Below are positions 12,305 through 27,405 of a stretch of DNA of 64,000 bases, one piece after another (positions within the stretch are counted from its first letter, which is position 1; the number at the start of each line of letters is the position of its first letter). The stretch is from Takakia lepidozioides (taxonomy: Eukaryota; Plantae; Bryophyta). Both the position numbers and the translations under genes were made by a program. The stretch is taken from the NCBI GenBank assembly GCA_030704615.1, contig CM060734.1, positions 62,248,001-62,312,000 on the forward strand. Direction: 5' to 3'. The notes under the pieces were generated by a model. It made no database searches. It was given only the letters and a program-made list of their open reading frames with translations, and was not told where the DNA came from.

Positions 12305-13500
12305 AGCTTCACCTTCCCCTTCCTTGTCCTGTCACATGCTAATGTATGGTTGAAGTTGCTATGCATGCCTTGAGCCACAATCTATTTTCTTCATGAAGAC
12401 CACCTCCAATGATCTCCCACATGTGCTCCAAGCTCTTCAATGCTCTAGGCTTGGTTTCACATCATCATGGATAGAATTTTCACCCATATGCTTCCCTTCA
12501 AACCTCTTGAGCTTCCTAATGCTCTCCAAGTGTTTGCCCTTGTTGTCTTCAAGCCCAAGCCTATGTAGCTCCTTGGCTTCTCTTCTTGAGCTTGCTTAAC
12601 CCTAGATTGATAGTGAAATGAGTACTAACAATCATTCAGTTGCTCTCCACAAGCCATGGCACACACCATTGATTCCATAATGCATAGAAATGATTATCAA
12701 TCCCTAGAATCCATACTTCCACACACACAAGACTTCCCTCTTGCAATCCTTGCAAATCTTGGGGCAAACAAGCTCCTTCTTGAGCTCCCCAACACCTTGG
12801 TAAAACACCACAAGTACCTTTCCTAGCTTGCAACCCTTGCAAGCCTTGTGATACAAGAGCTAAATTCTCCTAGCTCTCCAATTTTTTGGTGCATGCAACT
12901 TCACCAAGCACTTTTCCTTGCAAGCCTTGTGATCTACAAGAGCTCCATCTTTGAGCTCTCTACCTCCTTAGGGCAAAGCAATATCTCTCAAAGCCCTAAC
13001 ACCACAAGGATTTTCCTTTGCAATATATGCAACACCTTGCAACACAAGAGCTATCTTCCCAAGCTCTTCAACACACAAATGCTAAACTAACCCTTACACT
13101 CCGTACTCACAAGCATAAGGTCATCTTCTTGTAGTGATAATGAAAGTGAACTCAATGGAAACACTCCACTCTTGAATCCACTCAATCACATAAACTAAGT
13201 CAAGCCAAGGGCACCCTTGCCAAGGGAATCCACCCTACAAAGCCCTCAACACACTCCCTCTCAATACCTAGAGCTATGGAGGTGAGAGAGGCTTATGGAG
13301 GCTCAACTACAAGAAGATGAGCCCTCCTCGACACTCACAAGGGGAAAACCCATCCCCATGTCCCAAGTGAGGTTTGACACCTCACTTGGCATGTGAGACC
13401 AAATGAAGTCCCAACACACAAAATACAAATATAAATATCCAAAATGTCCTAGTTAACTAGAAGAAGGTAATTCTAGTTAATCATGACTAAAACCATGACA
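12305..13500 (-). mobile_element. Truncated 5' end of a third member of the DNMT-gypsy family (A repeat 13135-13500 plus leader)
   Basis: Aligns by eye with 54150-55200 and ends in the same ...CATGACTAAAACCATGACA terminus. Confidence 0.85.
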
Positions 13501-13821
13501 CATTCCTTGTCGTTGAGTCCGAGTGGAGAGGGGTGCTATTGGTTGGGTGGGGGGTATTTTGGGTCGTTGGTTTCTACGAAATCGATGCTGAGTACCTTCC
13601 GGTAAGCCCTCCTGTGACACCCACGTTTTTTTTATTGCACATTGCGTCATATCACTTAGAACTGCCAAGGGAGTGACACGTGCCTCTAGTACTTGGGGAG
13701 GATTCATTACGGAGTAGGATTAGGTACGATTTAACAAAGTTGGGAGAGCATTTTTCTTAGCAAACACCTGTCGAGTAGGGATAAGCCAGAGCCATAAATG
13801 GCGGAGGAGGAAGACAGAGGA

Positions 13822-14545
13822 TGTCGCGGCCCTTTGCCTTGAGGGCAGGGGGTCGGGACACAGAAGGGGCTGCCCCTGTGGTGGGGGCAGTAGCAGCGAT
13901 AGATACGGGGGCCGAAGCACCCTTGAGTGCCCAAGGCACTCAAGGAGGCGGAGGCGCTCACTAGGCGGAGCCCCGCACACCGGGTTGCGGTGGGGGTGGC
14001 TCCACAAGGGGTGGTGGTAGCTTAGCGGGACTTAGTGGGGGTGGCATAGGACTCACCATAGGGTGGAGACCTCGAGGTGGGAGTCGTGGGCAGTCTTGGG
14101 ACTCATCACGGTCCATTGGGGCCGCGGTGAGTGGGCCAAGACTCACCGCGACTCACCACCGGGAATCGAGGGTCTTCGTGGTGGTTCACCATAAAATGGC
14201 ATGGCTGTTTGTGGAACCCCCGCGGACAGCTACAGAAGTATATATAGGGAGTAGTAACCCCGAGAACGGTGCAAGCCCGTTGGTGACCAAAAACTAGTGA
14301 GTAAGCGAGCGAGCCGGAAAGCGACCAAAGAGTGGGGAGCTGTTCCGGACTGCCATCTACCAAAGGGAATTCCACTAGGCCCAAATAGGTGGAGGGTCTT
14401 TCGGGGGAGCAAAGGGGGACCGTTATGTCTCGGTGAGCAGCCGAAGCTCCAAGTTGGCCCGGCGGCCAGGTTAGGAGTCAGGCGCGCGCATCAAAGCGAG
14501 TAACTATGACTTGAAGGGGAGCTTATCGAAGTGAGGTGCGCGACA
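13822..14545 (+). repeat. 5' LTR of chromovirus element
   Basis: TGTCGCGG...GCGCGACA; about 10 mismatches to the 3' LTR by manual count. Confidence 0.97.
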
Positions 14546-14547
14546 CT

Positions 14548-14559
14548 TGGTATCAGAGC
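14548..14559 (+). promoter_or_regulatory. Primer-binding site for initiator tRNA-Met
   Basis: TGGTATCAGAGC, 2 nt after the 5' LTR. Confidence 0.95.
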
Positions 14560-14600
14560 TTAGAGTTCAGTACGCGATCGTCCTTGGGATTGGCCTCATC

Positions 14601-17600
14601 ATGGGGTCGGGCAAGCCGAAGCGAAAGCGGAACGGCCCAAAAGATGATGATCCCGGTGAGCCCGATGGGGGCGACGTGTCACCGAGGCGGCCGTTTGAGG
14701 AAGCGATGCATGTTTCCGAAAACGAGGCCGCTCAAGAGCGGAAGGAATCCGAGGAGTCGGAGCCCGAGGAATCCTTGAGAGCCCAACAAGCCAAGAGATG
14801 CCTCCTATGCCGGCAGCCTTTTGGGAAGGGTTGTTGGCGCAGTTTGGCGGGACGTTGAAAGACGTGTTGAAGGCGACTAATGCCACTCCCACTAAGGCAA
14901 AGTTTAAGGTGAAGCCTAAGGAACCCGGCACCTTCGAGGGCGTCCAAAATCGGAAGGCACTCAACACCTGGCTCCTGGAGCTAGAGCAGTACTTCCGGGC
15001 GGCCAAGTTGAGTGACGAGGATCGGGTGGAAGTGGCTCCCACCTATTTGAGGGGCTATGCTCAACAATGGTGGCAGAAACGTCTTCACGACCGAGGTCCA
15101 AGCCCGGAAACCTTGAACTGGAGTGGGTTCAAGGAATTGATGAAGAGACAGTTTGTGCCCCTCAACGCGTCCTGGCTTGCCCGGGACAAGATGAGGAATT
15201 TGAAGCAAACAGATGATATTCGGGGGTATGTCCAGGCTTTCAATGTGCTGCTGCTCGAAGTCGCGGACATGACAGAACCAGAAATGGTCTTCAACTTTGT
15301 GGCGGGACTGGCCCCGTGGGCCAGGCGGAAGTTGGAGGAGAAGCCGCCTAAGACTCTGAACGAGGCAATTGAGAGGGCGGAATGTTTCTCGGATGTCCCT
15401 AGGGGTGAAAGACAAGGCCGTACGGAGCTGAACCACAAGAAGGCCCGGCGGGAAGGTGACTCTTTCCGACCGGAAAAGAAGTGGGATAGGCCACGCGGCG
15501 ATAATGGCACGTGGAAATCGAAGGGAGGGCCTTCACACGTCAAGGCGGCACCTGGTGCTCCGAAAGGAAAAGCAAGTGCAGCGGCTTATGGCGGACAGAA
15601 GGCGACCTTTGATGGAGTGTGTTTCAATTGCGGGGAGCCCGGGCACATGGCCAAGAAGTGCACGAAGCCCCGACAGTTGAACATGACTCGGGCGACCACA
15701 GAACTGTCAGAAGATACCATCAGTCGCCTGGTGGAAGCGGTGGTCGCCAGGACTTGCAAGGTAGGCACATTTTCTTGTGAGTTGTATCAAGAAACTGACG
15801 CCTTACGTAAAGGGAGTCAGTTATTGTTCGTGGATGGGATAATATCCGGAACTAATGTGTCGTTGTTGGTGGACATAGGAGCGTCGCACTCCTTCATGTC
15901 ATCGGCAACGGCACAAAAGCTAGGACTCCCGACAAGTGACGTGGGGGCCTCTATTGAGGTGCGTTCTGCCAAAGAAGAACCACAGTTGGCGTTCGATGTT
16001 CCTCTTCAACTGGGGAGTTGGGAGGGACGTGAGAACTTCACCATCTGCGAGATCGATGGAGTAGATCTCATTTTGGGGATGACATTTTTGAGCAAATCCG
16101 GAGCGGTCATAGATGGCCGCAAGAGAATAGTCACGCTGCCATGTGGGAATGGTGGCAAGGTCTTACGAGTGTCGGAAACGCCCAAATCCGTGGGAGGGCG
16201 AATAAACCTTCTATCAGCAAGGGAGTGGGCCGTGGAGGAGGCACACGAACCCCAGTTTTTGCTTTACATTAGAGAAGTGAAGGGAGAAGGCGATGGGGAG
16301 CCGAGCCCAGATTGGATCAAGGGGATTTTGGAGAAATACCAGGATGTGATGCCGAAGGATTTACCAAGCGGCTTGCCACCGCGAAGAGGAGTTGACCACA
16401 AGATTGAGGTGATACCGGGAACGGAACCGCCTGCCAAGGCACCCTACCGGTTGAGCCACAGGGAGTTGGTCAAGCTGAAGACTCAGCTCAAGGATCTAAT
16501 GTCAAAGGGGTACATCCGGCCGAGTAAGTCACCTTACGGAGCCCCGGTGCTATTCGCAGACAAGAAGGATGGGACGCTGCGGATGTGTGTCGATTACAGG
16601 GCTCTGAATAAGGTGACTATCAAAACTGGTACCCTTTGCCAAGGATCGACGACCTCTTCGATCGGTTGGCAGGAGCGAAGTATTTCAGCCGGATCGACTT
16701 GCGCTCCGGCTATCATCAAATTCGGGTGGCGGAAGGAGATGAGGAGAAGACCGCGTGCAGGACAAGGTATGGTTCATATGAGTTCTTGGTGATGCCTTTT
16801 GGGCTCACCAATGCACCAGCGACATTTAGCACGCTGATGAACAGCCTTTTTCAGGAGTGGTTGGATGACTTTGTGATCGTGTACATCGACGACATCTTGG
16901 TGTACTCGAAAACAAAGGAGGAGCACCTGGAGCACCTCAAAGGGTGTTCCAAAAATTGCGAGAAGGGAAGTTGTATGCCAAAGCTTCAAAGTGCGAATTC
17001 GGGGTCACGAAAGTGGAGTTCTTGGGGCATGTGATTACACAGGATGGGATCAAAATGGATGACAGAAAGGTGAGGGCGATCTTGGACTGGGAGCCTCCGA
17101 CTTCGGTCCCGGGAGTGCGATTCTTCCTAGGACTCGCCTCCTATTACCGGAAGTATGTGAGAAATTTCGCCAAGATCGCGGGGCCGCTGTCGGACCTTCT
17201 GTGTAAATCCAAAGTCTGGGTATGGAACACATTTTGTGGCCAAACTTTTGCTGAATTGAAGCAGCGGATGGCGGAAGCTCCAGTCTTGAAAATCCTGGAG
17301 TTCGATCGTCCATTTGAGATACATACAGATGCGTCGGACTTCGCGATTGGGGGTGTACTTATGCAAGATGGACGTCCAGTGGCTTACGAAAGTAAGAAAC
17401 TGAATGAAGTGGAGCGACGGTGGCCGACGCACAAAAAAGAGATGAAGGCGGTGGTGCATTGCCTTGAGCTTTGGCGCCACTATGTTGGTTCCAACCCAGT
17501 GAAGGTGTTCACGGACAATGTCACAGTGAAGTATTTTGCCACGCAGCCCAAGTTGTCCCCAAAACAACTTAGGTGGCAAGATACTTTGGCGGTGTTCGAC

Positions 17601-18687
17601 GTGGATATCCAGTACAAACCGGGACGGGATAATGTGGTGGCCGATGCTTTAAGTAGAAAGAAGCAGCTCCTGTTGGTGTACAGGGGCGAGACGGCACTCC
17701 AAAGGAAGATCCGAAAGGCTTGCCGGAAGGATGAGCTGGCGAAGTCCGTGATGCAGGACTTGAGGATGGGGGTTAAATCGCAGTTCCACTTACAAAATGG
17801 ACTGCTCCGGTATAAGCAAAAAAGTCTATACGTGCCAAAGGGAGGGATCAGAGATAGCATCTTGAGAGAATGCCATGATAGCCCGCTTGCGGGCCACGGC
17901 GGAGCCAAGCGCACTGCGGCACTCTTGAAGAAAGAGTATTTTTGGCCCAAACTGAGGGAGGAGGCAGAGGAGTATGTCAAGACATGCACCACATGCCAAC
18001 AAAATTGGAGCGAGTACAAAAAGCAAGCGGGGCTGTTACAACCCTTGCCGATTCCAGAAGGGACTTGGGAAAGCGTCTCGATGGATTTCATGACTGCTAT
18101 GCCGCTGTCAAAAGGATTCGATGCAATCGTGGTGATGGTGGATAGGTTCAGTAAAATGGGCCATTTCATCCCCACCAAGGAGACGGCAACGGCGCAGGAG
18201 ACAGGGCGACTTTATTTCGCCCACGTCTTAAAGCATCATGGAGTCCCGAAGGATATTGTCTCGGACCGCGATCCAAAGTTTACGAGTAAATTTTGGAGGG
18301 CACTTTGGAAGAAGATGGGGACGAGGCTGAAGATGAGCACCGCCTTCCGACCTACGACCGACGGCCAAACAGAAAGAGTGAATTCCGTAGTGAAGCAGAT
18401 CTTGCGGAATTACGTGTCGGCAGACCAAACAGACTGGGTGGAACACTTAGACGCGTCAGAGTTCTGTTATAATAACACAGAACACTCCTCAACGGGAGTT
18501 TCCCCTTTCGTATTGGTCTATGGAAAAGCACCTCTGGTGCCGACAAGTTAGGCCGCCCAGGACGTTGAGGAACCGGCAGTAGCGGCGGTACTGGAAGAAC
18601 GCGAGCGTTTGTTGAAGCTCGCAAAGTACAACATTGCCAAAGCTAGGAAGCGGTATGAAAGGCAGGCGAATCGGAAGCGGAGGCACC
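14601..18687 (+). pseudogene. gag-pol of chromovirus element (Gag, zinc knuckle, protease, RT, RNase H, integrase core)
   Basis: [14 protein letters not shown]; [10 protein letters not shown]; YIDD; TDASDFAIGGVL; HDSPLAGH...CTTC; SMDF, SDRD, DGQTER. Frameshifts near 14790, 16625 and 16945; stop at 18549. Confidence 0.93.
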
Positions 18688-19487
18688 ACGGCGTCCCATG
18701 GCAAAGAACCAAACCCCACACTTGACTCTACTCTCCACTAGCTAGTTCGGCCGACTTCCTCCAAGTCTCGGCCAAGGGTGGAGCCTCTCCAGCTCCTCCC
18801 AGTGCACTCTTCTTGGCCTACTTCAAGGCCAAGGAACGATCCTCCCCGAGGATCGAATCGCCTTACTGCAACAACATTGCTTGCGATCGCTCATGATGCC
18901 GCTTTTGGCATCACCTTGAGCAAGGGTTCACCTGGAACCCTCTTTGACTAGGAAGATAACCTTGAATCAACCGTGCACCCCAATCACTACAATTGGGTCC
19001 GCCTTGGAATGCTGGCCTGAGGTACGGGAACACGCCGAAGCCGCACTACGACTTCGTCCCGAGGCTACACGATTATAGTACGTGAACGGAAGCACGTAGC
19101 TTCCGCGTTAGCCCGCACTACAAGGCAACCCCTTCGGTAGCGCAGTTATAATACGCGCACGCGCCAGGTGCGCACTAGCACGTGAACTCCCAAAGAAGGC
19201 GCAAGTTTCATTGCCTCTTGAATGGGGGTCACCCGATTTCGGCACTACGCAAACACACGATTAACCCAATTTACCTCTCCCACTTTTATAAGCTAGCATG
19301 CATTCTACACACTAACCAACCATACCATGTATCACCATTCCAAACAAAATAGGAAGCACAACATTTGGAATCCATTCCATTTATAGCACGTTTTGTACAA
19401 TACAAGTTTTTGCAATCGGATTCCTAAGCTAGCTAAACCGGGCTAAGCATGCATTTCCTCCCCCACGCTCCAAGGTTGATGTCCCCA

Positions 19488-19945
19488 TCAACGCTTCTTC
19501 CGCTTTTGAGGTCGCCCTTCGAAAGCTGCAACCGCCTCGGACGCGTTTCCCATTTCTGAGGCACGCACCCAAGATGCCTCCACATGATGATAGCCCTTCC
19601 ATTTGACGAGATACTCCGTTTCTCGGTTCTTGAACCTCCTCGACTTAAGTATTGTCTCCACCTCGTACTCAGGTTCATTTTCATGATCCAACAGCATAGG
19701 TGGCGGACGCAACACTTGATGCCGATTCGGACGTGCTTCATCTTTGAAGTAAGGCTTCAAAAAGGAGACATGGAATACTGGGTGCACTTTGCTGTTTGCC
19801 GGCAGCTCCAATTCATACACATCCTCATTCATAACCTTCCGAATGCGAAAGGGTCCCGCATACGGAGGCACGAACTTCGGGCTCACTTCCGGAGGCAGTC
19901 GGAAATTCTTGATGTTCAACCAGACCTCCGTGCCTGCCTCAAACT
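19488..19945 (-). pseudogene. Integrase C-terminus (GPF motif and chromodomain), inverted relative to the rest of pol
   Basis: YAGPFRI...HPVFHVSFLKPY...EYEVETILKSR...EYLVKWKGY...SWV on the minus strand. Continues the plus-strand RQANRKRRH that stops at ~18687. Confidence 0.9.
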
Positions 19946-20037
19946 ACTCCTTGATGTGGGACGCCACAACTTGGATGTTCGTTTCTACAAAATGGACAAG
20001 TCGATGAGGACATCGACTCCCTGTTGGTAGGGGTGTG

Positions 20038-20761
20038 TGTCGCGGCCCTTTGCCTTGAGGGCAGGGGGTCGGGACACAGAAGGGGCTGCCCCTGTGGTGG
20101 GGGCAGTAGCAGCGATAGATACGGGGGCCGAAGCACCCTTGAGTGCCCAAGGCACTCAAGGAGGCGGAGGCGCTCACTAGGCGGAGCCCCGCACACCGGG
20201 TTGCGGTGGGGGTGGCTCCACAAGGGGTGGTGGTAGCTTAGCGGGACTTAGTGGGGGTGGCATATGACTCACCATGGGGTGGAGACCTCGAGGTGGGAGT
20301 CGTGGGGAGTCTTGGGACTCATCACGGTCCATTGGGGCCGCGGTGAGTGGGCCAAGACTCACCGCGACTCACCACCGGGAATCGAGGGTCTTCGTGGTGG
20401 TTCACCATAAAATGGCATGGCTGTTTGTGGAACCCCCGCGGACAGCTACAGAAGTATATATAGGGAGTAGTAACCCCGAGAACGGTGCAAGCCCGTTGGT
20501 GACCAAAAACTAGTGAGTAAGCGAGCGAGCCGGAAAGCGACCAAAGAGTGGGGAGCTGTTCCGGACTGCCATCTACCAAAGGGAATTCCACTAGGCCCAA
20601 ATAGGTGGAGGGTCTTTCGGGGGAGTGAAGGGGGACCGTTATGTCTCGGTGAGCAGCCGAAGCTCCAAGTTGGCCCGGCTACCAGGTTGGGAGTCAGGCG
20701 CGCGCATCAAAGCGAGTAACTATGACTTGAAGGGGAGCTTACCAAAGTGAGGTGCGCGACA
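20038..20761 (+). repeat. 3' LTR of chromovirus element
   Basis: Direct repeat of 13822-14545, preceded by a G-rich PPT-like tract. Confidence 0.97.
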
Positions 20762-20766
20762 GAGGA

Positions 20767-21162
20767 GGTCATCCCAGGGATGAGGATAATGAACCTGGAC
20801 CTCAAAAAAAAAACCCGAAAGGGGCCAGGTACAAACTTCGTTGGGACATGTACAATGACCCCAACATTCTTGCGGAACCAAGTTGGGAAGTTTGGAGGTT
20901 GGGGCAGCGGTGGTCGCTTGGTGACTGTAAGAAATTTGTGGACTGGTGTCACATAAATCGTTTGTGGCCCAGAGATAGGCGTGAGCCGCAAACCAAACAA
21001 AATCAAGCTAGCTTGCATTCCTGTGCCAACCCGCATTTCCGCCACATGGCAGAGGAGGTACATACAACATTGTGGGGTCAACCGCTTGTCAATAACAAGG
21101 TCCCGTATTTATTCGCGGCCATGTTGTACACAGAGTTGATTTTATTGCGACCAGTGGATTGA
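20767..21162 (+). pseudogene. Unknown ORF split by the chromovirus insertion (first 8 codons at 13798-13821)
   Basis: Removing the element and one TSD gives an in-frame MAEEEDRG|GHPRDEDNEPG...LLRPVD. No recognisable domain. Confidence 0.5.
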
Positions 21163-22411
21163 CAAACTGCCACCGCGAGACAGCGTACTAGACAATACAT
21201 GTTCTGATATCCCAGACCTGTATATACGTGAGGGGCATGACATCGTACGGTTGGATGGAAACGACGAGGTGGAAGGAGCAAAGACAGAGGCAGCGGTGGT
21301 GTGGGAGGTGCAAGTGTTAACGCACGTACACTATTGAGTCTCTCTAAGTGTGGTTGTGCTCGAGTTTGCGTTTGTTGGTAATGATGGCTGTAAATGATCG
21401 GATGATTGTAAGGTGTATGGCTTGAAGATTGGTAGATAGTAACAGTAGGTGGTTTAAAGTTTTTGTGCATAACATGCAGACTAGCATTGTGAATGTCACC
21501 TCTTGTTTAGGGTTTAGGGTTTAATCGTCGCCTCCTTATGGAGGAGCCAATAAAAATAGATGTTCACATACTTTCCCACATAGGTAGGTCGGCCCACACA
21601 TATGAACAGGTATGGCAGAATAATGAGTTGAAGAAACTGCTTCATCCGGACTAGAGGTTCGTCATCCATCACCACTAGAAATCCTAGAGTTGAGGCTGTG
21701 CTAATCCGCGCGGGATGCCCAGCAAACACCACAACAGATTCTGCGAGAGTGCACGCCATGGAAGGGCTCCTGCTGTCGGTCCCTCACACTTCGGCCGCCA
21801 AAGCTTTGCAAACTCTGGTCCTTGATGAAAAGAAGGACCAAGAGCATGAAATAAATGGCTCTGGCACTGACCCGGTGTGTCCGTCGTGTCTCTCCCTTTC
21901 GTTGTGGTGACTTTACTGCCGAGTACACGTTCGTTTTGGTTTTAGTTCGTTGTGAGAATTTCACTGGTGTTACTTGTCGGTTCTACTTAAAAGTAGTTCC
22001 GATTGCACTGGTGGAGGCCGTGTAGCTTAGGCAATTGACCAGTTTGTAAAGCTTTCAAAGCGTGCACACTTTTCCACTTCGGAGGTCAACCTTCTAATCA
22101 CTGTGGCTCCATCCGTCGCCTTTGTTTTTATCGAGATGAAAGATTCAACTTTTGTTGCTCTTAACTTTTTGAACTAGTCCCGGGTTTGTGAATGCATATT
22201 TCAGGTCAAAATAGTTTGCAAGGCTCCGTGATTGGTCCGAATCCGGAGCTTTGTCCAGTTCTTGTCATTGATGTGTCTGAATCACAAGCGGTCTTTTGTA
22301 TTTGCATTGGCTGCTACGTGGAAGTTGTCTTTGAGATGAGCTCCACCCTTACTAATCAAAGTAATTACAATTACGACTCTACGTCTGCCATATCGATCCA
22401 AAGTTGACGAT

Positions 22412-25491
<3,080 letters not shown>

Positions 25492-25733
25492 TAAAAGCTA
25501 AACCCTAAACTTGTCCTTTTCATGAAGTATATCACCAAGTTAGCACATGGTGCAGATCATGCAGTCAAGAAGAGTGGGGGTTGATTCAGCAGCAGCAATT
25601 GCATCCATCAGCCTAAGGGAAACTGCTCTATTGCTCTACTTGGGGCCCACTATATACATTCCTCCTGTCTTGGTCTCCTAGCTGGGAGCAAGTTAGAGAT
25701 GTTTTTTAGATCTGAAAGAAGTGCCTCTTTTGA

Positions 25734-25850
<117 letters not shown>

Positions 25851-27405
25851 TGATTGTTCAGTAATTCATCTTCACTTGAGAACTGGAGGCTCATCCTCAT
25901 CTGAGTTCAGACTGCTGGCATGGCATCACCTGCAGTAGCTCTGCCAATACAACTGTTGAAATTGTCCAGTATATTTTGTTGTAGCAATAAAAGGCATTGT
26001 CCATAGTGGAAAAGAACTCTGCACACATTTCTCAGGCTATTTGTTACAATACGGTTATGTATGTTTATCTCATCCCAATTGTGCACTATTGCAAGTACAG
26101 CAGGATAATGCAGATCTTTCAAGGAGTAGATAAAACTTGGTTTTGTGACTTTGAGGCTAGATTTCTTTCAATGCAAGGGGCTTGTAGAATTCCTTGTGAA
26201 GTTGGAAGACAGGATAGTGGCACATTCGGTGTGGAAGACAAATCACATCCACAGATTGAAATATCCATGCTGGACTGAAAGGATTGTCTGGGCTGGACAC
26301 TCATTTTGTATTGCATGATTTGGAGGGGCAAAATGAGTTCTCACTACATTCAGAAGCTAGCCATTGCTTTGGGGCACCCCCTGGGATGCCTCTCTGTGTC
26401 TTCAAGAACCTCCAGGGTCTGTGGGGACTGCCACCAAGTTCATCGGTTTTCTGCTAGGAAGACCTCGGCACTAATCATTTGACTTTGGTGCAGGGAAAAG
26501 AGGGCCATTTCCTTCTATTTGGTCATCCCTGTAATTGCAGCCAAAGAAACTCTTCTATTTGACTTGATTTGAACTTGCCACTACAATGTAAGGTGTCCAG
26601 CCCCCACACCTTTATGCGGGCCCTGAATTTTGAGCTGTTGACCCATGCTTCTCCAGAAAGGCTCGGCAGTTTTATGTCAGCCTGACTCCGCCTCCAAAGC
26701 TAGTCTACATCAGACAAAATAAGGAACAGTTCAGTGTCTTCTGCTTTTCACAATTTTGTGCCGTCATGGTGGCCACCTCAAACCTTCAAAACAGGGTGAT
26801 CAGTGATCACAGTCAACCGAACCAAGCAGCTCTTGCAATGAGGAGCTCTTGATTCAAGTAGCAGTCGTGAGGACAAGCATGGCGCACATTCCAACCTTAT
26901 TCATTTCATGATAATGAATGACCACCTAAGATGTATGAAGCTACCAGATGAAGGCCTCAAAACACGAAACTCTTGACTTGCCTGCAGTGAGCAGAAGTCC
27001 ATGTCCAAAGTCGGGCGCGTTCCATGCTTTGGAACAATCTCAGCTCACGAAAGGACTGTGTGGCGGACAAGCACATCAAGCTCAGTTGTATCCCGTCAAA
27101 TTGCAGTACAGTGTACTCCCAGCCTCTTTGTGAAAGCTTTGGGGAATGTGGACACATGTTTATTGTGTTTCTCTTCTAATTATATGATGGCCCCCAAGGC
27201 CTTGCTCGAGAGGGACGAATTCGGCAACGGCTCTGGTTGGTTGTGCACGTGCCCAGTAAGATTTGGGCTCGTAACAAAGCGAGGCAGCGGGTGTTGGAGC
27301 AGGAGAAAGCAGCAGCTTTATGGGTGTGATGGATATGCTGCAGCAAGCCATGCGAACTTGGGCTCTTGATAGCGACTGCAGAATGGATGTGTAGACTGAG
27401 GCGGA

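Larger units (their letters stand above)
13822..20761 (+). mobile_element. Full-length Ty3/gypsy chromovirus-type LTR retrotransposon
   Basis: Two 724-bp TG...CA LTRs, 5-bp TSD GAGGA (13817-13821 and 20762-20766), tRNA-Met PBS, gag-PR-RT-RH-IN-chromodomain. Confidence 0.97.

Noticed and set aside
13720-14503. ORFs within the chromovirus LTRs (repeated at 19939-20719 and 31936-32760)
   Set aside because: Chance ORFs in GC-rich LTR sequence; they recur only because the LTR recurs.
21505-21522. TTTAGGG repeats (also near 36912)
   Set aside because: Only about two units; common telo-box or interstitial motif, not a telomere.
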